Assembly (NCBI GenBank): GCA_963740315.1
Contig: CAVUDP010000002.1
Coordinates: forward strand, 1,792,001 to 1,856,000
Length of the DNA stretch: 64,000 nt
Reading direction: 5' to 3'
From: an uncultured cyanobacterium
GTDB lineage: Bacteria > Cyanobacteriota > Cyanobacteriia > Cyanobacteriales > Nostocaceae
Part shown: positions 19,465 to 29,928 of the stretch, one piece after another
Position numbering within the stretch: position 1 is the stretch's first letter
Layout: every line of letters begins with the position of its first letter
Translations under genes and position numbers: made by a program
Notes under the pieces: generated by a model
What the model was told of the DNA's origin: nothing
The model's input: only the letters and a program-made list of their open reading frames with translations
Databases searched by the model: none

Positions 19465-20685
19465 TTGACACTTAAGGTTGCTGTTGTAGGCTCTGGTCCT
19501 GCGGGTTCATCTGCTGCCGAAACTTTAGCGAAGGCAGGAATTGAAACCTATCTATTTGAGCGTAAGTTAGATAATGCGAAACCTTGCGGCGGTGCGATAC
19601 CGCTGTGTATGGTAGATGAATTTGACCTCCCGGCTGATATCATCGATCGTCGAGTACGGAAAATGAAGATGATTTCTCCCTCGAATCGTGAGGTTGATAT
19701 TAATCTAATAAAAGAAGACGAATATATAGGAATGTGTCGCCGCGAAGTTTTAGATGGCTTCATGCGGAATCGTGCGGCGAAATTAGGCGCTCATTTAATT
19801 AATGCTACGGTTCATAAATTAGATTTTCCCAAAAATAATACAGATCCTTATACTATCCATTACGTTGACCATACAGAAGGTGGCGCACAAGGTATTGCCA
19901 AAACTCTGAAAGTGGATCTAATTGTCGGCGCTGATGGTGCAAATTCCCGTATCGCCAAGGAAATGGATGCTGGGGATTACAACTATGCCATTGCTTTCCA
20001 AGAGCGCATCCGCCTTCCGGAAGACAAAATGGCATACTATAACGACTTGGCAGAAATGTACGTCGGTAATGATGTTTCTACCGATTTCTACGCTTGGGTT
20101 TTCCCCAAATACGACCACGTAGCCGTAGGTACGGGTACGATGCAGGTTAATAAAGCCAGCATTAAGCAGTTGCAAGCTGGTATACGCGCCCGCGCTGCCA
20201 GAAAACTTGCTGGTGGTAAAATCATCAAAGTTGAAGCACACCCCATCCCCGAACATCCCCGTCCCCGTCGCGTAGTCGGACGCATTGCATTAGTAGGTGA
20301 TGCGGCTGGTTATGTTACCAAGTCTTCCGGAGAAGGAATTTACTTCGCTGCGAAATCCGGACGGATGTGCGCCGAAACCATTGTTGAAATTTCCAATGGC
20401 GGAGAGTCCATTCCCACGGAAGCCGATTTAAAAATCTACTTGAAGCGTTGGGATAAAAAATACGGTCTTACCTACAAAGTACTAGACATCTTGCAAAACG
20501 TATTTTACCGTTCCGATGCTACCCGCGAAGCATTCGTCGAAATGTGTGGCGATCTCGATGTTCAACGGTTGACCTTTGACAGCTATCTATATAAAACAGT
20601 TGTCCCAGCCAACCCCATTACTCAACTGAAAATTACTGCCAAAACCATTGGTAGCTTAATTCGCGGTAACGCCCTTGCGCCCTAA
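19465..20685 (+). CDS. chlP: Geranylgeranyl diphosphate reductase
   Basis: VAVVGSGPAG, AKPCGGAIP, GDAAGYVTKSSGEGIYFA; likely TTG start at 19465 after GGAGA. Confidence 0.97.
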   Translation: MTLKVAVVGSGPAGSSAAETLAKAGIETYLFERKLDNAKPCGGAIPLCMVDEFDLPADIIDRRVRKMKMISPSNREVDINLIKEDEYIGMCRREVLDGFMRNRAAKLGAHLINATVHKLDFPKNNTDPYTIHYVDHTEGGAQGIAKTLKVDLIVGADGANSRIAKEMDAGDYNYAIAFQERIRLPEDKMAYYNDLAEMYVGNDVSTDFYAWVFPKYDHVAVGTGTMQVNKASIKQLQAGIRARAARKLAGGKIIKVEAHPIPEHPRPRRVVGRIALVGDAAGYVTKSSGEGIYFAAKSGRMCAETIVEISNGGESIPTEADLKIYLKRWDKKYGLTYKVLDILQNVFYRSDATREAFVEMCGDLDVQRLTFDSYLYKTVVPANPITQLKITAKTIGSLIRGNALAP

Positions 20686-21233
20686 GATTATGGGATGAGA
20701 CAAGGGGTAATGGGGTGATGAGCAGAAGAAAGCTCTTGAAGTTCTTGAGAAAGTTTTATTATATTTATTTATTTCTTTCTCCCTCCGTTTCCTCCGCTCT
20801 CTTCCATGCCCCATTCCCAATAATTAATCAGAAATCAGACGTGTCAGCAGTTATTGCAGTGACGCGCCTGATTTTTTTTTGCTTTATTAATATTGAGAAT
20901 GAGAATCAACCTTGACAATAGCTTTATATGTAACATATCATCGTTAAGTGTAAATACATAAGTATTTAGTCTTTATTCTTATTTAATTTGTTATATTATT
21001 TACTTAATGTTATCATTATATACGTAACTTTTGCCACAATAGGAATATCGTTTAGGTATGTAGAAATTTTCCCTAAAAAAGTTCCGCAGTTCAAAGTATT
21101 TACAATATTTTCCCGATAAATGTGAAGATTCTGTGAAAACTGCGATAAGAATTGGCGAAAAATGCGTGTTTTTACTAACGTATACAGGTTGCTTGTATGT
21201 TAATTGCTCCCTTGTAGGAGTTGGAGCCTAAAT

Positions 21234-21968
21234 ATGAAATTAAGTTCGTTTTTTAATATAGCTGTATTTCCGCTTGCCGTAGTAGCTTTAAGTATAATAA
21301 GTTTCCCCGCTCAAGCAAAAGCTGTTGTTTTTTCAGGTAGCGTTAGTGGTAAGTGGGGAGAACCGACTTCAGGAAGCGTAAATACGAACCCTGTTTATAC
21401 TGGTGTAGGAACAAATACATTTACTTGGGGAAATTCAAAACCTTTTAAAGGTGCCTTTGACAACGAACTGATGTTTGAAGGAAGTTCTTTTTCTGCCGAT
21501 ACGAAAACTTTATTTAAGATTGGCGATTTAACCTATGTCAACGGTACGGTACTTTTAGGTACAAGCGTAGAATCTGCACCTTTAAATCTCAGTTTATCTT
21601 TTAAGGAAGCAACTTCTGGCAACCAAGTTTTTGACTATCAATTTTATTTCCAAAATACTCCTAATCTTTCGGAAAATCCAGAAGATAACGCAGATTATGT
21701 ATTAGTTACCGAAAAAGACTCTAAACGTAGTTTTACGCATGGTGGAGAAAAATATACTTTATCTTTAACTGGGTTCAGTCACGATAACGGTACAACAAAT
21801 ATTGATGAATTCCGGGTACTTGAAGGCGAAAAAACTACAGCCGCTATTTTTGGTCAAATCACCAAAGTTCCCCCATCTAAAAAAGTACCCGAACCAGGTT
21901 TATTAATGGGTTTGTCTGCGGTTGGTGTTTACTTGATTTCTCGAAGAAAAGTTCGTTCGTCAAAGTAG
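21234..21968 (+). CDS. PEP-CTERM protein (choice-of-anchor K-like)
   Basis: Signal peptide ending AKA; FTWG...FKIGDLTYVNG; C-terminal VPEP + TM + RRK. Confidence 0.85.
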   Translation: MKLSSFFNIAVFPLAVVALSIISFPAQAKAVVFSGSVSGKWGEPTSGSVNTNPVYTGVGTNTFTWGNSKPFKGAFDNELMFEGSSFSADTKTLFKIGDLTYVNGTVLLGTSVESAPLNLSLSFKEATSGNQVFDYQFYFQNTPNLSENPEDNADYVLVTEKDSKRSFTHGGEKYTLSLTGFSHDNGTTNIDEFRVLEGEKTTAAIFGQITKVPPSKKVPEPGLLMGLSAVGVYLISRRKVRSSK

Positions 21969-22109
21969 TAGAATTTTAGATTTTAGATTTTGGACTTTGG
22001 ATTTAAATGTATCGCGATCGCGCTATTTAGCCAGCGATCGGGATGGACTTAAAGCCCATCCCGCAAGACTTTAGTGCAACGCAGTGTTTTTAAAATCCGC
22101 GATTAAAAT

Positions 22110-23030
22110 CTAAGATTTACTAACTGCTTTCACTCCCGCCATATCCAAGATTGGTACGATCAAATCTTCACGTTTCACCGCCATCATATGCACTCCCTGA
22201 CATAATTGTTGTGCAATTTGTACTTGTTCGGCAGCGATTTTCATTCCTTCTTCTAACGGATTTTTCGCTTGCTCTAATCTATCAATTATATGGTCTGGAA
22301 TTTGAACTCCAGGAACGCATTTATTAATAAACCGAGCATTTTTTGCTGACTTCAAGAGAAATATTCCCGCTAAAATTGGTTTGTTACAATCTGCGGCTAT
22401 TTGAGTCATAAATTTCTCGAAAAGTTCAAAGTCTGTTACCATTTGACTTTGGAAAAATTGCGCTCCTGCTGTTAATTTGCGCTCAAATCGCTTTTGCAAA
22501 CCGCTCCAACTGCGACATTGGGGATCTACGGCAGCACCGACAAATAAATCGGTTGCGCCATCGGTTAAGGCTTTATCGTTACTATCAAAGCCACCATTGA
22601 GTTTCCCAATTAATTGCAGCAAACGCACTGACTCTAGATCGAATACGCTTTTAGCATCGGGGTGATCGCCTGCTTTTACAGGATCGCCAGTTAAAGCTAA
22701 AATATTGCGGATGCCTAAAGCATGAGCGCCCATTAAGTCACTTTGTAAACCAATGCGGTTTCTGTCTCGACAAGCCATTTGACATATCGGCTCGATTCCC
22801 TGTTGCTGTAAAATTACTGACGCTGCAAACGAAGACATCCGTAAAACTGCGCGGCTACCATCGGTGATATTGACGGCATGAACTCTCCCCTTAAGAGTCG
22901 CCGCCATTTGTATCATGTGTTCTGGATTACCGCCTTTCGGTGGTGCGACTTCAGCAGTGATGAGGAATTCACCCCGGCTTGCCGAAGCACGAAATGTTGT
23001 CAATTGAGTTGGATTTAGCGTACCAAGCAT
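22110..23030 (-). CDS. metF: Methylenetetrahydrofolate reductase
   Basis: TAEVAPPKG, NITDG, CRDRN, LALTGD, AGAQFFQSQ. Confidence 0.93.
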   Translation of the reverse strand: MLGTLNPTQLTTFRASASRGEFLITAEVAPPKGGNPEHMIQMAATLKGRVHAVNITDGSRAVLRMSSFAASVILQQQGIEPICQMACRDRNRIGLQSDLMGAHALGIRNILALTGDPVKAGDHPDAKSVFDLESVRLLQLIGKLNGGFDSNDKALTDGATDLFVGAAVDPQCRSWSGLQKRFERKLTAGAQFFQSQMVTDFELFEKFMTQIAADCNKPILAGIFLLKSAKNARFINKCVPGVQIPDHIIDRLEQAKNPLEEGMKIAAEQVQIAQQLCQGVHMMAVKREDLIVPILDMAGVKAVSKS

Positions 23031-23094
23031 TTCGGTTGTTATATTTCGATACTTGGTACAGCTCTATCACATATAACTCCTGTAGGAAAGGTTA

Positions 23095-24114
23095 TTAAGG
23101 CATAGAGAATCCTAATGCTGATTTTACTTTGGTTAAAGTTTCGTTGGCGATCGCCTCTGCTTTTTCCCTACCGTCGCGTAAAACCTGCTCTAGATAAGCT
23201 TTATCGTCCATTACAGCTTGATATTTCTCTTGAATGGGTTGTAGAGCGTTAACGGCTGTTTCTGCCAATAGAGGCTTAAATTGACCCCAACCCATATCTT
23301 GACATTCTGCTGCTACTTCTTCTTTGGTTTTACCAGCAAGCAGCATATACAGAGTTAGTAGGTTATTGCATTCGGGGCGATCGCCATTATCAAATTCTAA
23401 ACCGCGCACGGTGTCGGTTTTACAGCGTTTGATTTTCTTAGTAATTTCTGCTGGGGTATCTGTCAAATTAATCCGACTTAATTCTGAAGGATCGGATTTT
23501 GACATTTTGTTGGTACCGTCGGTTAAACTCATTACCCTCGCCCCTTCTTTACGAATTATGGGTTCTGGTAATTTTAGTACTGGTTTATCTGGCTTACCGA
23601 ATTGATGATTAAATCTATTGACAATATCTCTCGTTAATTCTATGTGTTGTTTTTGGTCTTCACCTACAGGAACTTTATCGGCTTGATACAGTAAAATATC
23701 CGCAGCCATCAGTACGGGATAATCCAGCAAACCCACATTAACGTTTTCACCCTGCTTGATTGCTTTTTCTTTATACTGAATCATATCTTCCAACCAGTTA
23801 AGCGGAGTGATACAGTTGAGCAACCAAGTTAATTCGCTGTGAGCGGAAACGTGAGACTGTACGAAGATAGTCGAATAATTCAAATCCAAACCGCACGCTA
23901 GATAGATAGCAGCCATCTGATAAGTATTTGCTGCTAATGTTTTGGGGTCTTGCGGTACGGTAATTGCGTGTAAATCTACTACACAAAAATAATTTTCATA
24001 TTCGTCTTTATACTGGTTTTGAATCTCGATCCAGTTGCGAATAGCTCCCAAATAGTTACCTAAATGTAGATTACCAGTTGGTTGTACTCCAGAAAAAACT
24101 CGTTGCTTACCCAT
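23095..24114 (-). CDS. trpS: Tryptophan--tRNA ligase
   Basis: QPTGNLHLGNY (HIGH-like), VPVGEDQ, KMSKS. Confidence 0.98.
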   Translation of the reverse strand: MGKQRVFSGVQPTGNLHLGNYLGAIRNWIEIQNQYKDEYENYFCVVDLHAITVPQDPKTLAANTYQMAAIYLACGLDLNYSTIFVQSHVSAHSELTWLLNCITPLNWLEDMIQYKEKAIKQGENVNVGLLDYPVLMAADILLYQADKVPVGEDQKQHIELTRDIVNRFNHQFGKPDKPVLKLPEPIIRKEGARVMSLTDGTNKMSKSDPSELSRINLTDTPAEITKKIKRCKTDTVRGLEFDNGDRPECNNLLTLYMLLAGKTKEEVAAECQDMGWGQFKPLLAETAVNALQPIQEKYQAVMDDKAYLEQVLRDGREKAEAIANETLTKVKSALGFSMP

Positions 24115-24120
24115 ATTAAT

Positions 24121-24329
24121 CAGTGAACAGTGAACAGTTAGCAGTTAACAGTGAGCAGTTAACAGTGAGCAGTTAATAATCAATAGATTTGTATTCGCAT
24201 TCTAGCTGTTAGCATATGGCAGAACACCATACACTAATAACTGACAGCGTTCATCTCCCAACATATACCTTAATCGCTATTCGCTGTTCGCTGTTCACTG
24301 TTCACTGTTAACTGCTCACTGCTCACTGT
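24121..24329. repeat. Inverted pair of heptamer STRR tracts (CAGTGAR / YTCACTG)
   Basis: CAGTGAA/CAGTTAA/CAGTGAG repeats at 24121-24176 and their complements at 24280-24329. Confidence 0.8.
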
Positions 24330-24334
24330 TTATT

Positions 24335-25273
24335 ATGCGCGAATTATATCCACCAAGAGAACTACTAAAAGAAGGTAAACTACAAGTAACAGAATTACAT
24401 AGAATTTATTTTGAAGAGTCGGGGAATCCGCAAGGTAAACCAATTGTAGTATTACATGGCGGTCCTGGTGGTGGATGTCCGAGTTATTATCGCCAATATT
24501 TTAATCCTGAAAAATGGCGTTTAATCATGTTCGATCAAAGAGGTTGCGGTAAAAGTACACCTCATGCAGAATTACGAGAAAATACCACTTGGGATTTAGT
24601 CAGCGATATTGAAAAAATCCGCGAACATTTAGGAATAGATAAGTGGGTTGTGTTTGGTGGAAGTTGGGGAAGTACGCTTTCTTTAGCTTACAGTCAAACT
24701 CATCCAGAACGATGCACGGGTTTGATTTTACGCGGTATTTTTATGCTGCGTCAAAAGGAATTACATTGGTTTTATCAGGAAGGTGCGAGTAATATTTTCC
24801 CCGATGCTTGGGATGAATATTTAAAGCCAATTCCCCCAGAAGAAAGAGGTGATCTATTAAATGCTTATTATGAAAGATTGACTAGTGAAGACAAAAGAGT
24901 CAGGTTAGAAGCTGCAAGAGCTTGGTCAATTTGGGAAGCAAGTACGAGTAAATTATTTTTAGATAAATCTTTAATGCAAACTTTTGGTGAAAGTGCTTTT
25001 GCAGATGCTTTCGCCAGAATTGAATGTCATTATTTTGTAAACAAGGGATTTTTTGAACGAGAAGATCAATTACTTTTGAATGTTGATAAAATCCGCCACA
25101 TTCCGGCTGTGATTGTTCAGGGAAGATATGATGTAGTTTGTCCGATGGTGTCGGCTTGGGAATTACATAAAGAATGGAGAGAAGCAGAATTTATTGTAGT
25201 ACCCGATGCCGGACATTCGATGAGCGAACCGGGTATTCAAACGGCTTTGATTGATGCGACGGATAGGTTTTAA
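24335..25273 (+). CDS. pip: Proline iminopeptidase
   Basis: HGGPG, DQRGCG, GGSWG, GRYD, DAGHS. Confidence 0.96.
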   Translation: MRELYPPRELLKEGKLQVTELHRIYFEESGNPQGKPIVVLHGGPGGGCPSYYRQYFNPEKWRLIMFDQRGCGKSTPHAELRENTTWDLVSDIEKIREHLGIDKWVVFGGSWGSTLSLAYSQTHPERCTGLILRGIFMLRQKELHWFYQEGASNIFPDAWDEYLKPIPPEERGDLLNAYYERLTSEDKRVRLEAARAWSIWEASTSKLFLDKSLMQTFGESAFADAFARIECHYFVNKGFFEREDQLLLNVDKIRHIPAVIVQGRYDVVCPMVSAWELHKEWREAEFIVVPDAGHSMSEPGIQTALIDATDRF

Positions 25274-25471
25274 TGCTGGGCATGGGGCATTGGGCTACCT
25301 CCCACCTCCGGTGAATGGGCATTGGGCATTGGTAGGCATGGAGAGTAAAAGTTTTCTTTATGTTCTTGTGCGCTAACCTTCTCTTCGGGAAGACGCTCCG
25401 CGTCAATGCTATATTTTGCGTTTGAAAAAAATATATACTCATATAATTATTATTTATCTAAAATTGTGTGT

Positions 25472-25488
25472 ACATTTGCCGCAAATGT
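25472..25488. promoter_or_regulatory. 8-1-8 palindrome, candidate TA operator
   Basis: ACATTTGC-C-GCAAATGT, about 160 bp upstream of the antitoxin. Confidence 0.4.
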
Positions 25489-25649
25489 GTTTACAGTTGT
25501 GTATACTAAATATAGAAACTGCTCAACATCTAGGCAATGAAGTTTCTCCTGTGCGTTCAAACTATTGTAGTTTCGTTAGCTTAGCAGCAAAAGCAGTGTG
25601 TTGTACAAATTGCTACAAACAAGCAGTTTAAATTTATAAAGGACTGATT

Positions 25650-25931
25650 ATGCCAACAACTAAAGCTAAAAAAAGTAGGCTTGATATCAGAATAGATCAA
25701 GATCAAAAGGAACTTTTAGAAAGAGCTGCATCTTTAAGAGGGCTAAGTCTTAGTTCTTATTTGCTTTCTAATAGTATAGAAGCTGCAACTAGAGATATAG
25801 AATCTCACGAAAAGTTAGTTCTGAGTGATAATGACCGGGATTTATTTCTATCTTTGATGGAAAATCCACCAGAGCCAAATCAAGCTTTGAAGTCAGCTAT
25901 GAGAAGATTTCAAGAAGAATACGAAAACTAA
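25650..25931 (+). CDS. DUF1778 (RHH, TacA/AtaR-like) antitoxin
   Basis: RLDIRID..QKELLERAA...LVLSDNDRDLF..LMENPPEPNQAL. Confidence 0.9.
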   Translation: MPTTKAKKSRLDIRIDQDQKELLERAASLRGLSLSSYLLSNSIEAATRDIESHEKLVLSDNDRDLFLSLMENPPEPNQALKSAMRRFQEEYEN

Positions 25932-26447
25932 TTGTCTGTGAAATTCCATATCTCACTACTGGATACCAGCTTTCATGATAGAGAATCTTTTGACTGTGGA
26001 AAATCGCAGTTAAATGACTATTTGAAGAAAATGGCTGGACAAGACGCGAAGAAAGGATATTCCAAAACTTTTGTCGCAACAAGTGAAGTTAAGAGCAAAG
26101 AGATTCTTGGGTATTATTGCACGAGTGCATCTAGCATTGAATTCGAGAACATTCCTCAAAATCTCTCTAAAAGATTACCGAAATATCCTGCCCCTTCTAT
26201 GTTAATTGGAAGGTTAGCGGTAGATAAACGAATGCAAGGTCAAAGACTTGGAGAAAGGCTTCTGATGCACGCTTTAAGTAAAGCAGTTCGTGCAGCTTCA
26301 GAAATAGCCATTTTTGCAGTTAGGGTTGATGCTTTAGATGAGGAAGCAAAGAAATTTTATCTTCATTATGAATTTGTACCACTTGAAGGTAAAGAATTTT
26401 CTCTTTTACTTCCTATGAAGACAATTATGAAGAGTCGAAATAGATAA
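25932..26447 (+). CDS. GNAT acetyltransferase toxin (TacT/AtaT-like)
   Basis: FDCG...LNDYL, LIGRLAVD..QGQRLG..LL, VDAL..AKKFY; abuts the antitoxin. Confidence 0.9.
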   Translation: MSVKFHISLLDTSFHDRESFDCGKSQLNDYLKKMAGQDAKKGYSKTFVATSEVKSKEILGYYCTSASSIEFENIPQNLSKRLPKYPAPSMLIGRLAVDKRMQGQRLGERLLMHALSKAVRAASEIAIFAVRVDALDEEAKKFYLHYEFVPLEGKEFSLLLPMKTIMKSRNR

Positions 26448-26455
26448 ATTATTGT

Positions 26456-26486
26456 TAGCTCTGAATTATTTTAGAGCTATTTTTTT
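26456..26486 (+). terminator. Putative intrinsic terminator after the TA operon
   Basis: TAGCTCT...AGAGCTA hairpin followed by a T run. Confidence 0.45.
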
Positions 26487-26587
26487 GTAATTTTTAATAG
26501 TTTTTATGCTTGTATCAGATTAATTACAATCGCAGAGACGCGGAGAGCGCTGAGGAAAGAGGTTACAGAGAGATACGGATTAATTCT

Positions 26588-27493
26588 TTAACGTTCTAAT
26601 GCTTCCCTATCCCATTTTCCAAGTACGGCGGCGGCTTCATAAGTACTTTGTAGAAAAGATAATAAGGTTTCGTCGGGGGTATCTGATAATCTTAATACTT
26701 CTAACGGCAATATAAATTCCTGTATATCTTCGTGGAAATAAGCTATTTCTGGCTTGATTGGATAATCTTTGAATCCTTCAGGTGCTGGGTAAGCGTAGGA
26801 ATAGAAAAATGGTTCGATACCACCTCCACCTGGCCAAAATCCGCAACTGCTGACTTCGTGAGAGTATGCTTCGTGGGTGATGGAATCGGCTACTCCTGGG
26901 GCACCGGGATGTTTGGGGGCAATGCGCCCGGAAAAGCGTGTCAGGGCTAAGTCGAAGCTTCCCCAAAACAAGTGTGTGGGGCTAACTTTACCAACAAAAC
27001 GGGAACGGAACTGTGTAAATACGCGGTTGGTTTGTACTAATATTTGCCAGAAACGGTGTGCGTATTCGGGGTCGTAAGATTTGTGTTTTGTGTCCTCCTC
27101 GAAGGGGATGGGGTTGGATACTTCTTGCGGCATTGTCCATATTTTTACTTTGATACCGAGTAATGCCAAAGCGTCCATTGTTTTCTGGTAAAATTCGGCA
27201 ACGGAAAATGATTTTAATGCAAATGAAGTGCGTTGTCCGTCGGAGGTTGAAATACAAAGTTCGTGAGCAATGAAATCAAAGTCTATTTGAAAGAAGCGAG
27301 TTTCGTAGGTTATGGCACAAGTACTTAATCCTCGTGATGTGACGTAGAGGGTTACATTCCACCAGTGGTTGATGAGTGGAGTTAATTCCATGCGAATTTT
27401 ACCGATTACTTGCGTCCATAACTGTAGGGTGGAGGACGTTTCTTGCCATGCTGTTGATGGTAATGATGGGAAAATATCGGTGGAATCTATCAT
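26588..27493 (-). CDS. DUF5996 (Ava_C0101-like) family protein
   Basis: TLQLWTQVIGKIR, NHWW, HLFWGSFDLA, AYSHEVSSCGFWPG. Confidence 0.85.
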   Translation of the reverse strand: MIDSTDIFPSLPSTAWQETSSTLQLWTQVIGKIRMELTPLINHWWNVTLYVTSRGLSTCAITYETRFFQIDFDFIAHELCISTSDGQRTSFALKSFSVAEFYQKTMDALALLGIKVKIWTMPQEVSNPIPFEEDTKHKSYDPEYAHRFWQILVQTNRVFTQFRSRFVGKVSPTHLFWGSFDLALTRFSGRIAPKHPGAPGVADSITHEAYSHEVSSCGFWPGGGGIEPFFYSYAYPAPEGFKDYPIKPEIAYFHEDIQEFILPLEVLRLSDTPDETLLSFLQSTYEAAAVLGKWDREALER

Positions 27494-27667
27494 TGTTAAT
27501 TCTGGTGTGGGGGTTTTGTTAGAGGTGGGTTATATCAAGTGCCACCATAATAATAATATTCCGAGAATTACCATTGATAATTAATAAATAATATGAATGA
27601 AGTTATAAGCGCTAGTAGGGTGCGTGACGCTTTAATTAAAAAATAACTATTACGTCACGCCGATAAT

Positions 27668-27997
27668 TTAAAGCAGTTCGGTTACAACTGTGTTGAATTT
27701 TTCGTAAGGAACTATCCCCACAATTGTTTCTATGCAGGTTCCATCTTTGTAAATCATCACGGAAGGAATGCTGCGAATATTTAATCTCTTAGCCAGATTA
27801 GAATTCTCACCAAGGTCTACTTTTGCGACTTTTACTTTACCTTCATGTTCTTTAGCTAATTGTTCCATCATCGGAGCAATCATTTTACAAGGACCGCACC
27901 AAGTTGCGGTAAAGTCACACACAAATACACCTTTGCTCGTGGAAAGTGTATCGAATTCTTGTTCGTGGATATATTCAACAGCTATTGTTTCTGGCAT
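27668..27997 (-). CDS. Thioredoxin
   Basis: WCGPC active site, SIP cis-proline loop. Confidence 0.93.
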   Translation of the reverse strand: MPETIAVEYIHEQEFDTLSTSKGVFVCDFTATWCGPCKMIAPMMEQLAKEHEGKVKVAKVDLGENSNLAKRLNIRSIPSVMIYKDGTCIETIVGIVPYEKFNTVVTELL

Positions 27998-28045
27998 GAA
28001 ATATTCCTGTTTCTCAAACTATTTTTTTATGCTTTTTAACGCGAA

Positions 28046-28342
28046 TTAATACAAAGCTTCTTCTTGATGAGTTTGAATTTTACAATCCGATGTAGGAATA
28101 GCAACGCAAGTAAGTACAAAGCCCGCAGCAATTTGGTCTTCGTCGAGAAATGCTTGGTCTGACTGATCTACTTCACCAGAAATAATTTTCCCGGCACAGC
28201 TAGAGCAAGAACCTGCACGACAAGAAACTGGAAGGTCAATATCTTGTTCTTCGGCAGCATCAAAAATATATTGGTCGTCTTCAACTTCAATAGTTTTGTT
28301 AAGCCCTTCGTCGTTGACTAATGTGACTTTATATGTTCCCAT
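28046..28342 (-). CDS. petF: Plant-type [2Fe-2S] ferredoxin
   Basis: [10 protein letters not shown]...LTCVA; C-terminal HQEEALY. Confidence 0.93.
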   Translation of the reverse strand: MGTYKVTLVNDEGLNKTIEVEDDQYIFDAAEEQDIDLPVSCRAGSCSSCAGKIISGEVDQSDQAFLDEDQIAAGFVLTCVAIPTSDCKIQTHQEEALY

Positions 28343-28728
28343 TTTCCCCTCTTTAAAAAACTTTAATTTGCTATCTTATCGTAAAAACTTTTGTATACCT
28401 AGTATATAAATACGTTAATAAACTTTATAAAACTTAATAAAAATCAATATTTTATTTATAATCAAGCAGTTTCTACAATATTCCGTTTAGCTCTAAAAAT
28501 GGGGATAATCAATTGAATCGGCAACATAACAATAGTCATCTCTTTCTCAAATATGAGAATATTTACGTAATATTTTGGCTATTTTAATCTAATTTGTTGA
28601 AAGTAAAGATTTTCTCACAATTAGGTAAAAACATATAATTATATATATATTTGATTAATTATAGTATTAGTAATATATTATTGTAGACAATATATTATAT
28701 TAAATTATAAGTAAATATTGATTACAAA

Positions 28729-29868
28729 ATGCAAGGAGAACAATTATCTTTTTTCCCAGATAAAGAAGAACAAGTTGCGAATAAAAAACAGAAAAAACCT
28801 AAATTAGGACGTTACGAACGCATCAAGCGGGAATTAGAAGAAAACGAAACTGACCCAAATAAAATATTTATTGAAATCAGTTCGGAACCAATACCAATAT
28901 CCAATTACACATTTGTGGATTTGTTTTGCGGTGCGGGAGGAATGACTCAAGGGTTAGTTCAAGCTGGATTTAAACCATTAGCGAGTGTTGAAATAAGTCC
29001 AATTGCTTCGGCAACTCATAAGAAAAATTTCCCGCAATGCCATCATTTTTGTGGAGATATTGAAAATTTTGATTCTGTAAAATGGCTCGAAGAAATCGGT
29101 TCCCCCGAAGTACATTTAGTTGCAGGTGGTCCGCCATGTCAAGGTTTTTCAGTTGCAGGAAAACGCGACCCAAAAGACCCGCGCAATCGTCTATTTTATG
29201 AATTTATTCGTGTTGTTTCAAAAATTCGTCCTTGGTACGTTGTAATGGAAAATGTACCGGGGATTTTGACAATTCAAAAAGGAGAAGTAAGAACAGCAAT
29301 TACAGAAGCATTTAAATCAATTGGCTACGATAATATATCCGTAGCAATTCTCGAATCTGCTGCATATGGTGTACCGCAAATTCGTCCGAGAGCTATATTT
29401 ATTGCGAATAGATTTGGAATGCCTAATCCTTATCCGAAAGCTCAATTATTAACTGAAGAATACAAACCCATTGAATCAGCTATTTCCGATTTACCAGAAT
29501 ATACCCGAATACCGGAAATAAATCACGAATGGACTAAACATTCAGCCGAATATATGGAACGTATTGCTAAAGTTCCTCCTGGAGGTTCTTTATATAAAAA
29601 ATATGCCGATGCTTTTAAGCGTCAATATCCGGGTTTACCAAGTATGACTGTTAAAGAAAATCACGGTGGTACTCATATTCATCCTTATCTTAACCGCGTT
29701 ATTTCCGCTCGTGAAATGGCAAGATTACAGACATTCCCAGATTCGTTTATTTTTGAAGGTACGATGAAAAAAGCTATGTGGCAAATCGGAAATGCCGTAC
29801 CATCACGATTAGCAGAATGTATTGGTTATGCGCTGATTCCTTTGCTGAAGTTGGTAAATACTTCCTAA
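28729..29868 (+). CDS. Orphan DNA (cytosine-5) methyltransferase, M.NspI-like
   Basis: LFCGAGG, GGPPCQ, ENV, QIRPR, RLQTFPD and QIGNAVP motifs. The resemblance to M.NspI is from memory and unverified. Confidence 0.93.
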   Translation: MQGEQLSFFPDKEEQVANKKQKKPKLGRYERIKRELEENETDPNKIFIEISSEPIPISNYTFVDLFCGAGGMTQGLVQAGFKPLASVEISPIASATHKKNFPQCHHFCGDIENFDSVKWLEEIGSPEVHLVAGGPPCQGFSVAGKRDPKDPRNRLFYEFIRVVSKIRPWYVVMENVPGILTIQKGEVRTAITEAFKSIGYDNISVAILESAAYGVPQIRPRAIFIANRFGMPNPYPKAQLLTEEYKPIESAISDLPEYTRIPEINHEWTKHSAEYMERIAKVPPGGSLYKKYADAFKRQYPGLPSMTVKENHGGTHIHPYLNRVISAREMARLQTFPDSFIFEGTMKKAMWQIGNAVPSRLAECIGYALIPLLKLVNTS

Positions 29869-29928
29869 CAGCAATTAGTAATTATTTTATAAACTAAGAA
29901 TTATCACAATTATTTGACTGCGCCCATA

